The notes under the pieces are model-generated. The model ran no database searches. It worked only from the letters and a program-made list of their open reading frames with translations, and was not told the DNA's origin. A stretch of DNA of 64,000 nt, taken from Kudoa neothunni. Lineage: Eukaryota > Animalia > Cnidaria. Of the stretch, positions 25,545-39,015 are shown in pieces. Position numbers and translations under genes: made by a program. The stretch spans positions 2,048,093-2,112,092 of the forward strand of contig OZ199839.1 of assembly GCA_964304625.1 (NCBI GenBank). The letters run 5' to 3'. The first letter of the stretch is position 1. The number at the start of each line of letters is the position of its first letter.

Positions 25545-25770
25545 AGACAAAGGAAGATGTGTATAACTATTCAATTTTAATGCTGGAGGTCACTAGTTCT
25601 ATTCCCGGTTACAAGACTCTGCTTATTTGTTTTTCGTCCTCATGCCTTAATGAATGCTAGCATGGAAGTGTAAACACATCAATAAGTGTGTCGCATTTGC
25701 AACTATAGTTCGGTCTGACAATAAGGGCTAAATTCAACGTTTTGGCAGTCGAATTTCCATGTAGCAATAC
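25545..25770 (+). mobile_element. Degenerate tRNA-derived SINE copy
   Basis: B-box-like ggaggtcactagttctattcc followed by a core similar to the SINEs at 4872-5371 and at 42786 onward. Confidence 0.45.
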
Positions 25771-26497
25771 AAATATTTCAGTTATCACAGAGCCATCTCA
25801 TTTAAAGTTTGAGTGGGCAGGGTGGTCATTTCTTATAAGAGAATGTTCAGCGGATTTAATTCACATAGTATCTCAGTAAATATGGGAATGAGTTCGATGG
25901 GACTTTTGATACGATCCCGAAGCTCTTATGAAGACTTCATAACTAAAAAAATTCTACGGCATGATAAGTTGAGTCAAGGTTATTACTTCGGAAACGAAAA
26001 AGGTATAATTATGAAGGGAAATAAAAGAATTGTAAAAAATGATAAAATTTTGTTAAATTTATTATAACAAATATAAGTTCCTTTCCAGTAAATTTCTTCC
26101 CAAAAATGATTAGGCCGCAAATAAATTTGGACACACAAGGTAGTCCAATAATAAGTGTAAGAAAACTGAGTGTCTCTCGAGAACATTGCAGAAATCATTG
26201 AGAGTAGACATCAAATTCAAGTTTTTTAAAATAATTCAACGTTGATTTTTAAATTGAAAAATTAAATAGACAAATATCAAAATTACTTTACCGTCGAGAT
26301 TGGATAGATAATGCGTAATTCCAAAATTTCAATGTTATTCTATTCAGAGAGAAATTTATGTTTGTGATAATTTTAAATTTTTATAATAGTGTAAACATAT
26401 TTGACATCATAAAGTGGAAAAATTTTAGAATGTGTTAACTTACAACAACTTGCATGCTATATGTACACGCGCACGCAGACTAGATATACATTTCCAC

Positions 26498-27314
26498 ATG
26501 GGTCATTTTCGAGGAGCACCTAGAAACAATTTTCAACAATCTAGAGGAGGAAATTTCAAGAGAGGTGGGAATTTTAATAGAGGTGGCCGCGGAGGCCGAA
26601 ATAGTGGATTTCGAGACCAAGGTCCACCCGAATCGGTCGTAGGTATTTATCGCCTCATTAGAATGGAAATAATAGTTGGCTCATTGTTCAGAGGTTGGCT
26701 CCTATATGCATGAGTGTGAAGGCGATATTGTGATAAAATTGACCATCAATAAAATTCCCTATAACAACGCTTTTGTCTATCTTGAAAACAAATCCTCGAT
26801 TGGAAAAATTGATGAAATATTCGGCTCAGTGAATAGTCCAGTAACGAATGCCAGCTTGCGATTATTTTTTCCATTTAACATTTGGTTATTATTGTAGTAC
26901 TTTTCGGTGAAACTTGGTGAAGGTTTCCATGCCCATTCGTTTGAGAAGATGCAACGCGTAAATTTAGCATTTGTTATTAGTGAGTGTGTTAATTATGTGG
27001 TTAGTTCTTTATTGATCCCTCTAAATTGCTTCCAATGGAAAGATTCATGCCTGGAAGCGCACCTAAAAGTTATTTCTATTATTTCAATGGTTTGATATTT
27101 AGTTTGATGTTGTTTAGAACATGTAAAAGGTGCTCAGAGTACTTCGGGCGGTTTTGGACCCAGACAGAATTTCAGCGGTGGTCGTGGTCGTGGTAACAAC
27201 AGATTTGGAAACTCCTACGGTGGTGGTCATAGGAACCAAGGTTCATTCAGAGGAGCAAATCGTGGGAATCGGCCCGCTGGAAAGTTTGGGGCTGCCAACA
27301 AGTTCAGGAATTAA
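26498..27314 (+). CDS. GAR1: H/ACA ribonucleoprotein complex subunit 1 (5 exons)
   Basis: RGG-rich termini around the spliced core [64 protein letters not shown]. Confidence 0.95.
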
Positions 27315-27499
27315 TATTTATTTGTAAATTTATCGGATGGTATATGTTGATCTAATTTTAAAGTTGAATTTTTTGCCAAATCTTATATAGAGAATGGGTT
27401 GTGTATTTTATTCGAATAAATTGATTTTTTGAAATTTTTTGTGAGGTATTTTGTAGCTAATTTTTGTCGAACTTTGGATGATGAAGAATCTAATTTGAT

Positions 27500-29480
27500 A
27501 AATAGTCTAAGCCAGCTGAATTACATAATGTCTAATAAGACTCCAGAAGTTTTGTGTCAATTAAATTGTAACTGTTATCTAATAAACGCTCAATATAGAC
27601 ATTAATTATTGGCTAGCACCAGTTTGAAAAATCTTGTAAGGCGATTTAATCACTGTTTACCAACCAATATTATAGGCAGTATCTATTGACCCTACAAATT
27701 GGTTTACTGTTGTTGAAGCAATCTGTTTTAAATTACGATCCCTTAAAAAACCATAGTATATGTATTTATTTATTAATATGTAAAAAATGAAGTATGTTGG
27801 TCCATAGGAATATGCGTTAAATGACTTATTTGTATAACTTTTATCATCAGAATATCTATTAGCTCAACAAATAATACAATAAGAAGTTGTTGGTATCATA
27901 AACTCGTGATAAGTTTATGATGTAATGAATTCTCTAACAAAATCATATTATTTATAGTTATAAACTTTTTTATGCGGATTAAGGTCATTGTAGTGATTCT
28001 CATTAACTCAGAACTTTAAAGAGCGCTGAATATCAAATGTTTTTTTAAACGTTGATCTCTATATACAATCATTCAATTTTAATATGTGATGAAAAAGTTA
28101 CTATTTTATTATCAACTATATTTTTTTAATTTATACCTTAATTGAACACAAATTATGATTATTTATATACTCATTTATTTAGAGTTTGTATTTAAAGTGT
28201 AATTTTGACAATATTAGTTGAAATATTACGTTCTCAATAAACATGTTAGTATATGATCATTCATCATTTAACTTTGATCCATAGTTAAAATATTGTTCGA
28301 CAAATCTGGATATATAACTACTTATTGGTAATTTAATTTAAAAAATGTTGGACTTGAGATTTTTATATTATGCATCAAAAAGTTGTTCCCATGGCTGATG
28401 TTGCATATAATTTGAAACATTAAAACAAGGCTGAAATATTCTAGAATGTGATACATAGATATTTGAAAATCTGCGGTTGGAAAAATTTGTTTATGACTTT
28501 TCTTTCAATTATGTCTTTATCTGTAAGGAAGACTTTCGTTTTAGTTTCCATTATTAAGCTATGCTTTTTTATTGTTTTAATAAATCAAGAGAAAACTTCC
28601 TCGGTTTCTTCTATAAGCATTCCGGTCGTCACTCTCTCAGTTGTTCCACTAGAGTTTATAATTGCAGCAAGATATACAAGAGTTCTGAAATCTAATAGCT
28701 TGTAGGTAGCATCCTGAAATATAATTTCTGGGTACTTTTCGAGGCTTTTTGTAGTGCTCAATTCTTGAAAAAATAAACCTATAAAAATTTTTCCCATTTT
28801 CTAATATTTTTGTACATGTGCTTTGTTTCTTTTTTAGGGTTTGTAAAAATTCTACATTCTTTGAGGGGGATATCATTGATTATTTCATGTTGGCTAATTT
28901 TTTTAGAGAAATAAATTTTACTTTTTCTCAAAATAACTTATTTTGGATATGCTTTGAATTTTCATTAACTTTTCAAAGTTAATAAATAAAATCAACTTTA
29001 AATTTAGTTAATTTTTTTATTAAATAACAATTTTTATGAAAAATTAAGGGATCATTATTATGGGAAAGGTTGGGAGATTTTAACACAAGCTTTTCACCGT
29101 CAGTATCTATTGAAAATTTCAAAAACATAGGGCATCCTTTAAAATAAATATTTAAATTTCTTTGGCCAGACGATTGCTTTCTCTTAAAATAATAAACAAT
29201 ATTATTGTAAATATTCATACATACATTAAGTTTTTGAAAAATTTACATTTCCTCACCATGAATACAACAGTATTTTATTTGGCAATATTGAAGAGCTAGA
29301 TTTAATACTCTATCACATCGCATCTTTGCAGTTTCAATGGTTTTAGAATCCGATATGGATAAACTGTGCACGCCATTTAATTCAAATTACTCAACTTTAG
29401 CTCTTCAAAACCGTCAAATGAATCTCCAATGTTGAAGAAATCATTTTCAGAAATAATAAGATTATTAAGGCTTGTGATAT
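27500..29480 (-). mobile_element. Decayed Mutator-like (MULE, FAR1/ZSWIM3-like) transposase
   Basis: Fragments GCPMFLKF..LSHNN, YPEIIFQDATYKL..G..E and FLTDKDIIERKV. Many stops; boundaries approximate. Confidence 0.75.
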
Positions 29481-30099
29481 TCCACTCAGTATTCATTCCG
29501 TGCAGACACGCTACGAATTAAAATCACATCTTTTCTTCTATTTTAATAAGATATTTTGGGATATAACAATTCCAATCTTCTATTATTAGTGTTAATGTAG
29601 AAATATCTCACTTGTATACAATGATTTAAATTATATCATCAAGTGATGAATACAATATGTTTATTTTACAATAAAATAAAATCAAAATTTTATCAATATG
29701 AGCTTTAATTAAACTTTTAGACGTTAATTTAAATCAGAAAATACATATTTTGAATAATGAGTAATTGAGAAATACAATAAACCGAATTTGTATGAGTCAC
29801 TAAACACTAATAATATTTTATGTTGTAATACTTTGCTTTATTTTAGGAATTAAATATTCTTTACACAACGTTGGAATAGGAAAATGCACGTGATAAATAA
29901 AAAATAGTTACAACAAGTGAAGGTGCCATTTAATTGCAACAGGATCTCCATATTACCTACTAAATGGGGACCTGAGCTTTTACTGTCCAATAAGAAATCA
30001 CGGCCAAGTATCGATTTCATACGCATGCTTTACAAGAGAAATTTTTTAATTTATAACGAAAAAATGATCTGTTCTATTTTTATTATTTAATTAAGAGTG

Positions 30100-31181
30100 T
30101 TTGGCACATGGGGCTTACAGTATAAGAACTTTTCTTTTTTCATTCGCGAATATTTAATCAAGATTTATTAAAATATATCAAAAAGATAGTTGAAGGCATC
30201 CAACCATTTTGTTCGTCATATTTAGCAGGAAAATTATTAATTCCTTTAAAAAAGTGGGTTTCTTTGAATTTAACGATGACACTATGTGGAAATTTCCCCC
30301 TGTAAATTAATCAGTCTATAATGCGGTGAAAGGTTTTTTTGATTGTTTCATTTCCTTTTAATTTAACTCATCTTTATATTATATGTTCGTTGAGTGCATT
30401 TTTCTAAAAAATAACGGTCTCATCAAGATTTAATGTGTTTTCCTTCTCATATCTACCTACTTATTACCTCATATAATTTGTTTACCCAATCATAATAAAC
30501 AATATTATCATCGATGCTCTCCGCTTTTCTAAGGAGAATAAATTTATAAAACAAAAGTGACTCTAAGAATTTTTAACGAAAACTTTGCTTCAACTTAAAC
30601 CAATGATTTTGTGATCATCAGAAAAACTCTCACATTTTTCGTTTTCTGGTGTTCGGACATTATCCGGTCATATAACTCATTTTAAAGTTTGAAACATTTT
30701 GGATTTTTAATCCTTTTACGGTTAGAGGCAACATTGGAGTTTATTGTATCAGATTTATTAAACAAAACTCTATTCAGAGAAGAATGACTTATTTAATTTG
30801 AATGAAACTCACAATAACTGAGTATGTGATATTGTATGGCGCTCTAGAATCATTTATTGACATTTCAGATTGATTTAATGTAACCATAATATTGAATAGG
30901 TTCAATTTTTTATCAAAATATCCTTCTTCTCTCATTACACCCCACGTTCGAATGTGTAATTCAGTGTATTAATCGAATTAAAATTAGAAGTAACCACTTC
31001 CCAATAGCAAGACCCTGAATTTTACAACAAATTCATTTTTTAAATGTTATTTCGTATTTTTTGGTATAGCGCTAGAATACAAGTCTCTATACATCGAAAA
31101 GGTTATAATGTTGGTTATAGAAATCTGAAAAAAATATCGACTACCCTATATCGAACCTCGCAATATCGAGACCCTACTGTA
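30100..31181 (-). mobile_element. pogo/Tigger transposase remnant
   Basis: Minus frame ..FKGINNFPAKY..GWMPSTIF..LD..KRKVLIL; Tigger-like end atatcgagaccctactg-TA near 31180. Confidence 0.6.
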
Positions 31182-32599
31182 ATTCCTTCAGGATTAAATG
31201 AAAAGTGCCAGACAGATAGAAATGCAAAGAATTTCGAGCCTAATGACGCGCATACACGGAAACAATAAGAAAAATGGATTCAAAAATAATTAATGGAGCA
31301 TCATTGTTAAACTTTATATTATCGATTATTATTTAATTTTTATTTTTCACATATGAGTCATAAAGCTCTAGCTCAATTCAACAGATAAAACACAATATAC
31401 CCGAACAGTATTATTTTGAATGAACTTTTGCGATGTCGTGTTAAAGTATGTCCAATTAAATTACTATGATTAATTTTAGATTTAATTAATGTTTTTGTAA
31501 TATTTCAATAATTTAATTGGCTACATTAACTTTATTACGCTTAGAGATATTTTCCAATTAGGTTAAAACAAAATTACAGGATATATTAATTTCAATAATT
31601 GAATTTGGCGGTTAATTTTTCCAGTTATTGGATTTGAAATGCTTTAGCTTAGTACACACCCAGTTTTATTTGGTTTCATTCTGCTAGAAAATTAATATAA
31701 AAATAGAATTTCCTAATCCAAAAATACATTTTAATGCTTCAATTGAAAATACAGTATAACAGGGCTCATACGTAATCAGTCGGGAATGGAGTCTCATTAC
31801 GTAGAATCGCCGCACCACGTTACAAACAGGGCGTCCAAACCTTGGGTTTTTTTATTTATTTACAAAACTTTTAGATTATTGAATTCTTTGAGACCCTTTT
31901 ATAAATAATAAGTTTTAGAATTAGGTAGAATAATCATGTTTATTGTTTTAATAATGGAGAAAATTAAAAGTATTCGAAATTTAAAAAAGATATCACGGTC
32001 GTTGGCAATGCGCTGTTTTCCGACCCTTGGATAATTGTTATTTAATCTATTGTTCTTATTATTCTGTGATTGTGTTTGGATATTTCAACGCCATCTTAAA
32101 ATTTTCTAGATTTGTTAATACCATATTTTGAAGTTATTGACGTATATTATTTTAAAGTATGCGTGAAATTTCAAACGGAGATAAAAAAAGAGCGTGGGAT
32201 AATATGTGCTCCAATCAAGATTGGTTAAAGTAGGTTTCAAATATTGGCTTGATAAAGATGCTAAGGATGGAAATTCCAGCTACTGCAAATGTTGAACAAA
32301 TTTATTCATTAGTGCACACAGTAAAAACTAAACAAACTAAAGCATTAAAGACTGAAATTGTAAAATGTAAACTTACCGCAAAACAGTTGATCAGAAGGAA
32401 TAATAATATGTGTTTAACGTCGCATCCAACAAATAAACTAATACATGATGTGAACAGCGATATTTTGAGCGAACGATACCTTGAGCGCTTGAAAAATAGA
32501 TCAAGTTTCTTAACTGAGGGTTGTGAAGATGATTAAGACGATTCAATTTGCGAGAGTAATTAGAACATACTTTTAAAATTAAAATTTTTGTCGTCGTTC

Positions 32600-33392
32600 T
32601 TGAATCGTTTATAATACTGTGGACCTCCTTTCGGACACCGAAAATTCCTTTAACTTTGGCCGAATTTCTTTACTTTAATAAATAAAATAGACCTTCATAT
32701 TATTCCAGAGATTGAGTAAATGAAATAGGCGGTTTTACAATTTCCGATTAATCTTAAGCAGATAGTTTTTTATCATTTGTTTCATTATTTTTTAAACATA
32801 TGTTTAAGACATTCTCAGGCGATCATTTTTCGAGAACATTACAAAGTTTCTCATTCCATTCTGGGGCTGCTTCTGCAGGAACGCTTCCAGCCTCAACATG
32901 AAACGTAGCATATTTTTATTTAACCTAGTCTTTCAATCCTTTAAACCTTCCATAGTTAAAATGATTGCTATTATTGTTGTTTTCCTTTGGAGCGAATCTT
33001 CTCGTCATTGCAATGGTATTATCAGAATTAATAGTACCACCATTCACTCTTGTTTTAAATATCCATTTATAAACTTTGTTATCAACATCACGATTGAGGT
33101 CTTATTTAAAGTTTTTCGAGAATCATTCAAAAGTCCTAAACCTCCTGATTTTAAAATTACATCTTTTATTGGAATCCCATTAAATGTTGACATACTTTTC
33201 AGGCAATATTTATCCATAGTCATTTTTTTGAATTTCTTAACTCATATACTGAATCATAATACTGAATTATTTTATATTTCTCAGAAAAGCCTTTGGAATT
33301 TCGCGGTTAATTTGGTTTTATTATTTCCGCGATTACGTACAAAGCTTGCATTGTGTATTTTCAGGTACAATTTCCATTACGTAGAATCGCTG
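32600..33392 (-). mobile_element. pogo/Tigger transposase remnant (CENP-B HTH region)
   Basis: Minus frame FHVEAGSVP..W.EKL..SPENVLN resembles the Tigger HGEA..IFN.DE region; end cattacgtagaatcgctg-TA. Confidence 0.5.
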
Positions 33393-34170
33393 TATACGTA
33401 CGTGCCATTTTTTTGATTTATTTTTTTATAGTGAACGATGTTTTTTTATTTTTAGTTATTTGATTGTTAAAAGTATTTTCTTTATTATAAGTAAGAATTA
33501 GATAATTCAAATTTAGTTTTACAGGGTAAAAATGACGATTACCTACGACGCCTGTTCCACATTATTACTAAAGTAATAAAAAATACTTAAACTCTAAAAG
33601 TTTTCATTTTATAAAAACATTTGACTCATTTTGTACCAACGCGAAGGATTCAATATGTGATGTATTCATTAAATGAAATGCCATCATAGACAAGATTTGT
33701 ACCGATGCATCATAAGTATTTTTTATTATTACTAATGCAAACAGCTTTCAATTTATATCTGCCATCGGTTAAATCGGTAATATTATTTAATGATATTTTA
33801 GTATAGATTTTTGAATTAATTATTACCAAGTGATTTGATTAATCGAATAAATATTTTTGCAAACTTTAAATTATGTATAGTAATTTTTTAGTCAGTTTAG
33901 ATATTAAATAATTATTTGTACGTTTTGATAAACTGAATAGAAAAAAGTTTTTGTTGAAATTTTTACTTTTTTCTTGTAAATGTTCTTAGATCAGATTAGT
34001 GATAAATAATAATAAATAGGAATGTAGGTGAGATAATAATGGTTGGATGAAGATAACCAAAATAAATTCCCTCGAGAATGCTTACCAATGTCCCTTTTGA
34101 CTATTCCACCTTGGTAAGAGATATACCTTGAAAGGTGACGATTGATTGTTAATGTGTAAGAAGCTAGACC

Positions 34171-35331
34171 ATGAATCCTTCGGTAGTGTACCCTTGCACA
34201 GAAGGCGTTAAGGTGGCACCTTATGTGATTTTTTTGGCCACAATTCAGACAATAGGTGCATTTGTGTATTTGGTGATCACTCCTATTACACTGAGGGTGT
34301 TTTATTTGCGTCTCGATCGATATCAACCAAACGAACCAATTGTCTTGAATATACTCATTAGTTTGTGTTTGTGCTTTCCCATTGCCATTCCAATTCGATT
34401 GACAGACGAAATATGTCATTCGATATCGAGAGTGATGTGTATGGTCGCCATTTATGTTATAAGAGTGACTGACTTTGTTGCTGTGTTTTCAATGTTGTTT
34501 TTCACCCTTGAACGATATCTCCGATTGTTCAAACCAATATTACATCGAAAGTATATAACAAAAAAGTCTATCAATTATGGACTCCTTTTTATTTGGTGCC
34601 TTGGAGGGTTGGTTTTGATGATTGACGCGATAGTTGGTCGTAGCAGTGATCGAAATTATCTTCTTTCCAAAGTTCGTTGCTACTACAACCTAATACTCAA
34701 ACCAGTGTATGGACTTGTGACTGTACTTCTCTACCAAATACTACCACTTATTCTACTAATCAGTTTCAACGTGGCATTCTTTGTGAGACTAAATGAAATC
34801 AAAATATCGCTTAGAAAACAAAAACGTATTACTTTATGCGATGTGGATTATTTTGCAGATGACCAGCCCTCAAAAGCACCTACTACCAAGTAAAATCTCA
34901 ATTTTTTTGATCCAATCAACCTTTGTAGAACCGAAACAGACCATCCCAAACGACAGTACGTTGATCTCAATAAAACCAGAAATTGGAAAAAGGAAGATTA
35001 TGAAGCCTCCTATATTTTCATTGTGGTGTGTATTTGTTACACATTGCTTGTTGGACCTATTGCGACATGCGATGCTGTTGATTTTTTACTGAATATCACG
35101 AGAGATCCTTATAATTCACCATCCTTAATTGCAGCAAAAAAAGTTTCTGCCGGGTTGCTTGCCTTCTATCCGTTAGTAATTTCTGCGCTGTATTTGTTCA
35201 TGGCTAGGGAGCTTTTCGAAGACCTCCTTGTTTATGTAGGATTGAAAGTGAGAAAAAATACACCTCTCCAGCCTGCTGAAACCCCACAACCTGACGCTCA
35301 ACAAACCACGGATCATCTTTATAATCTTTAA
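34171..35331 (+). CDS. Divergent class A (rhodopsin-like) GPCR, 2 coding exons
   Basis: Seven hydrophobic segments, TM3 Cys and TLERY..FKP, TM4 W, ECL2 Cys, TM5 LP. An intron at about 34890-34928 links the two ORFs in frame. Confidence 0.88.
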
Positions 35332-36761
35332 AAATCCACCTATATTTGTTAGTTTTTTTTTTCATGTTATATTTTATTAGATTATTGTTATTGATATATG
35401 ATTATAATTTTTTTAATTTAAAAATTAACTAATTATTTTTATGTATTTAGTTGAAAAATTTAAAAATCACAACGTATAATTTTTCGAATGAACCTACCTT
35501 GTTAGTTTATTTTTATTTCCCATTTATATCATAACAATAATAAATTTACTATCCCATAATATCTAACTGAGAGCCCACACTTAAGCCACATGTTTATTAA
35601 CCTAAAATTTAAATATAAGAGATATAAAATGGTAATTTTTATACATAAATAAAAACCCATGTTTAAAATAATGAAAACAACGTTATCTAGTGAAGAATTA
35701 ATTTTCCAAAAATTTAGCATCCAACTATTAAAAAACTCCTGATACATATTAACCATGACTTAAAATTTTTGTTGTTAATAAAGTTTTTTTATTTCGTATA
35801 ATTCATAAAGGTTTGGGGACATCGCTATCAGATACCTTAAATTTAATCCAATAAATATCAATTATTAAATATAATTCTTTAAAATCAATTTTATACTTGG
35901 ATGCTCCTTTGATATTATTCTTTTAGTTGAATAAATATTTATTTATTGAGTATTAATCTTCTCTAAATAAGTATATAGCCTTATTGTATAAGTAGATCCA
36001 TAATACTCCTAATAAATATATGGTAGAATTTTTTTATCACATTGATTACTTTATAATATAAATTGTTGCAAACGAATTAAATTTATAACTTATTCGGCTC
36101 ATTACATGCTAAAAACACGTAAATTACACTAAGAAATATTTTTTTACCTTATTCTAAGCTTAGTTTGCAAAAAACCTTGAACGAAATGGATTTATATTGT
36201 TATTAATTCAAAAATTATATATTTATTAAATTATAACTATAATTTTCTTTTATTATTGCGATAAAACTATTCTAGTTAAATATTTCTACAAGAAAATCAA
36301 ACGATACTTGGCATCTCAACATCAAGATTGTTTATACCATTCTATAAAAGATGTAAATTTATGTGAATTAATCTATTAAATAAATTGTTTACTTTGTATA
36401 TATTTCAACAAAATTAATTCGTGCATGTACGTTTGGTTCATGTTAAACCGGAAAATAATTAGGTTAATGTAGTTTCTGATGGTGTCTCATCAAAATAAAT
36501 TCAATACTGCCTTCAGAATTTAGAAAACGATATGCGAAATATAATAATAACAGCTTTCTTAAATTATTTGATCTATTCTAATTTAAATATTTGAAATAAA
36601 CCAAAACTTCCACATTACGTATTAAAATGGTTGAAAATATAATATTTAATTTCGCTGCTACAGATAAATCAAGAAACTCCTTTTTTTATTAACACTCAAT
36701 AAAAGTATCATATTATCAGATCGCTTAATCTACAATGAGAATTATTTTTTTATCTGTAACT

Positions 36762-38592
36762 TAGTGTTTCCCAACCATTTTTCTTTCGCTTCCCACTGGT
36801 TCTCAAAAAAAAGTTCCGTGCCCACATTTTTCAAAGATATCGATTTTTTAAACTTAAACTGTTTACAACTTTGAATAAAGATCCCTATCACATCGAAATT
36901 TGAAAGCAACCGATATATACCTTTTTTCATAAAAATGTTTTCGATCAGATCTAACTTAATTTATCGATGGACATTAAAAATTAACATCTTTAGTTCGGCA
37001 CTCCGTCAAAAGCAGCATCAAATAAAACTCGTGATAATCCCACTTCCATCGCGAAGATTTTCATGTATGCAGGAATAATGAACCGAAAATAAATAATATA
37101 AATGAAAAATAAATCAATATTATTATAGGTTTGATCAAAAAGGGGGATACAGTAGTGTATGGGTTGTACGTAATATGGTTCCAACGCAATTTTTAAAAAT
37201 TTACTTGTATACTACTTTTTGTTTTAATTCAAATTTAAGTAGATAGTTTAATATAAAATAGATCATTTGTCAATGAATAATTGGTTTTCAAAAAAATATT
37301 ACAGTTGGAAATTTACTGTATGGATGTAACGCAAAAATGGCTCGATCGCGGCGCAGCGCTTAATCTTAACTTTCAACGAATAATAGATGGAGCGTCAATT
37401 TAAGCGAAACAAAACCATTTTACACTACCAAAAAACTCGAAATTATAAGGTTTTACGAGTTCATATCGTATAATAAAGATGCCAAGTTCCATTTTTGTGT
37501 CTATTCTTGAAAAATAGAATAGGCAACTCATTATTTCTAAGAGAAAATTTTTTTATCATTTCTTGGCTATTTCTTAGCCCAAAGCAAAATATTTGTCTAA
37601 TGTAACACTGCTACTTTCCTTCGAACACAGCCAATGTGCTACAGCCACTGGATCATGGAATTGTTAAAGTTTTAAATTATACACAAAAGAAATCCAATGA
37701 CGTCATCCATACATCAGATCAAATTTTAAAATATTGGCCACATTGTAACTAATGCCTTGGATGTTATTCATTCGACGATAAAATTATGGGAATACATTAA
37801 AATGGGAACCATAGTTAATTGCTTTAGGAAATCATTTTCCCTCTCTGAAAATCCACTAGATGTTGTTCCTGGTGATGATAAATTTAAACATGACATAATT
37901 GAGCTGATTGAAGAGGAGAAATCATTAAAATAACAAATACTATTGATGAAACTCTTGAAAGAAACACAGTGGACAACTCTGAAATTTTGACAAGGTTGAC
38001 AATGACTCCGATTATATTGAAAAAGTTATTATATCAAACCAAGAGTAACTATATAAATTGGTAAAAGTTAAAAAACTCTTTCTAAATAAAATTTTGTCAA
38101 TACTTGACAATATAAACCGAACTTAAAATGACTGACTCAATATTTGGACAATTTTTTGAGAACAAAAAATACAGAACAGTATTTTAATAACAAAAGGTAT
38201 ACAAGTTAATTTTTGTTTCAAATTAAATTATTATTGATTATATTATCGATGGAAAACTGTTATTTTTGATCGATCGCATACTCTATTCGAATGCGTCCAG
38301 CGCAGTGGTTTTCATCTTCCCAATTTCTGCGTTACATCCATACTCTACTGTATATGGTTCCAAATGAGACAAGATTGAGATTCAAACCATTCTGATTCTA
38401 TTCGGGTGAATTACACATTAAACATCATTATTAATTTTTATATAATTAGTCATTGAATGTTGTATTTTTTATAATATTAACCGTCGCTTAAAAATTAGCG
38501 ATATTGACTTCCAAGTAAGTCGTACTTCCCAATTACCTCATTATTATTCATCTCACACCAATACTCAGGTTTTTCCGCCCCAATAGAGCATG
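36762..38592. mobile_element. hAT-type MITE, family B copy, split by a pogo element
   Basis: Starts tagtgtttcccaacc. Segments 36762-37149 and 38351-38560 are colinear with 44073-44650. Confidence 0.7.
37150..38350 (+). mobile_element. Decayed pogo/Tigger element
   Basis: TA-cagtagtgtatgg ... ccatactctactg-TA. Remnant peptides NTANVLQPLDHGIVK and WEYIKMGTIVNCFRKS. The empty site ggggaTAtatgg is seen at about 44431-44442. Confidence 0.8.
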
Positions 38593-39015
38593 TCTCTAAA
38601 AGTCCAAATTTCCATTCCCGATGTGAACACTGTTTCTGCATATTTATGTTATCGCTCTCTTATAAATAAAGATTTTTTAACTCGAAGTAAATCATTTTCA
38701 ATAGTAAAAAATAAAATATGCATTCGAAAATATTTACGTTTATTATTATTTATTCCATCTTGAATTAACGTATTTCAATAATTCCTCGAATTTGAGAAAT
38801 GATCGTAATAAATATAATTAACTTATGTTTTATTAGAAACTTTACAAAAGACATTGATAATATTATGCATTATTGTCCAGCTTGTGTAAAAAAATTAACA
38901 AAATTCAAATTTAATATCTATTGGATTTTTAACTCAAAACTACAGAAAATAAGTACACTTAACGGCTTACAAATAAGTTTGAATTCGAAACAGTCGCGCG
39001 CAGCGTTGATGTAGT

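Noticed and set aside
32898-33416. 172-aa plus-strand ORF
   Set aside because: Antisense shadow of a decayed Tigger-like transposase.
34171-35331. Opsin
   Set aside because: No lysine at the retinal-binding position ten residues before the TM7 tyrosine.
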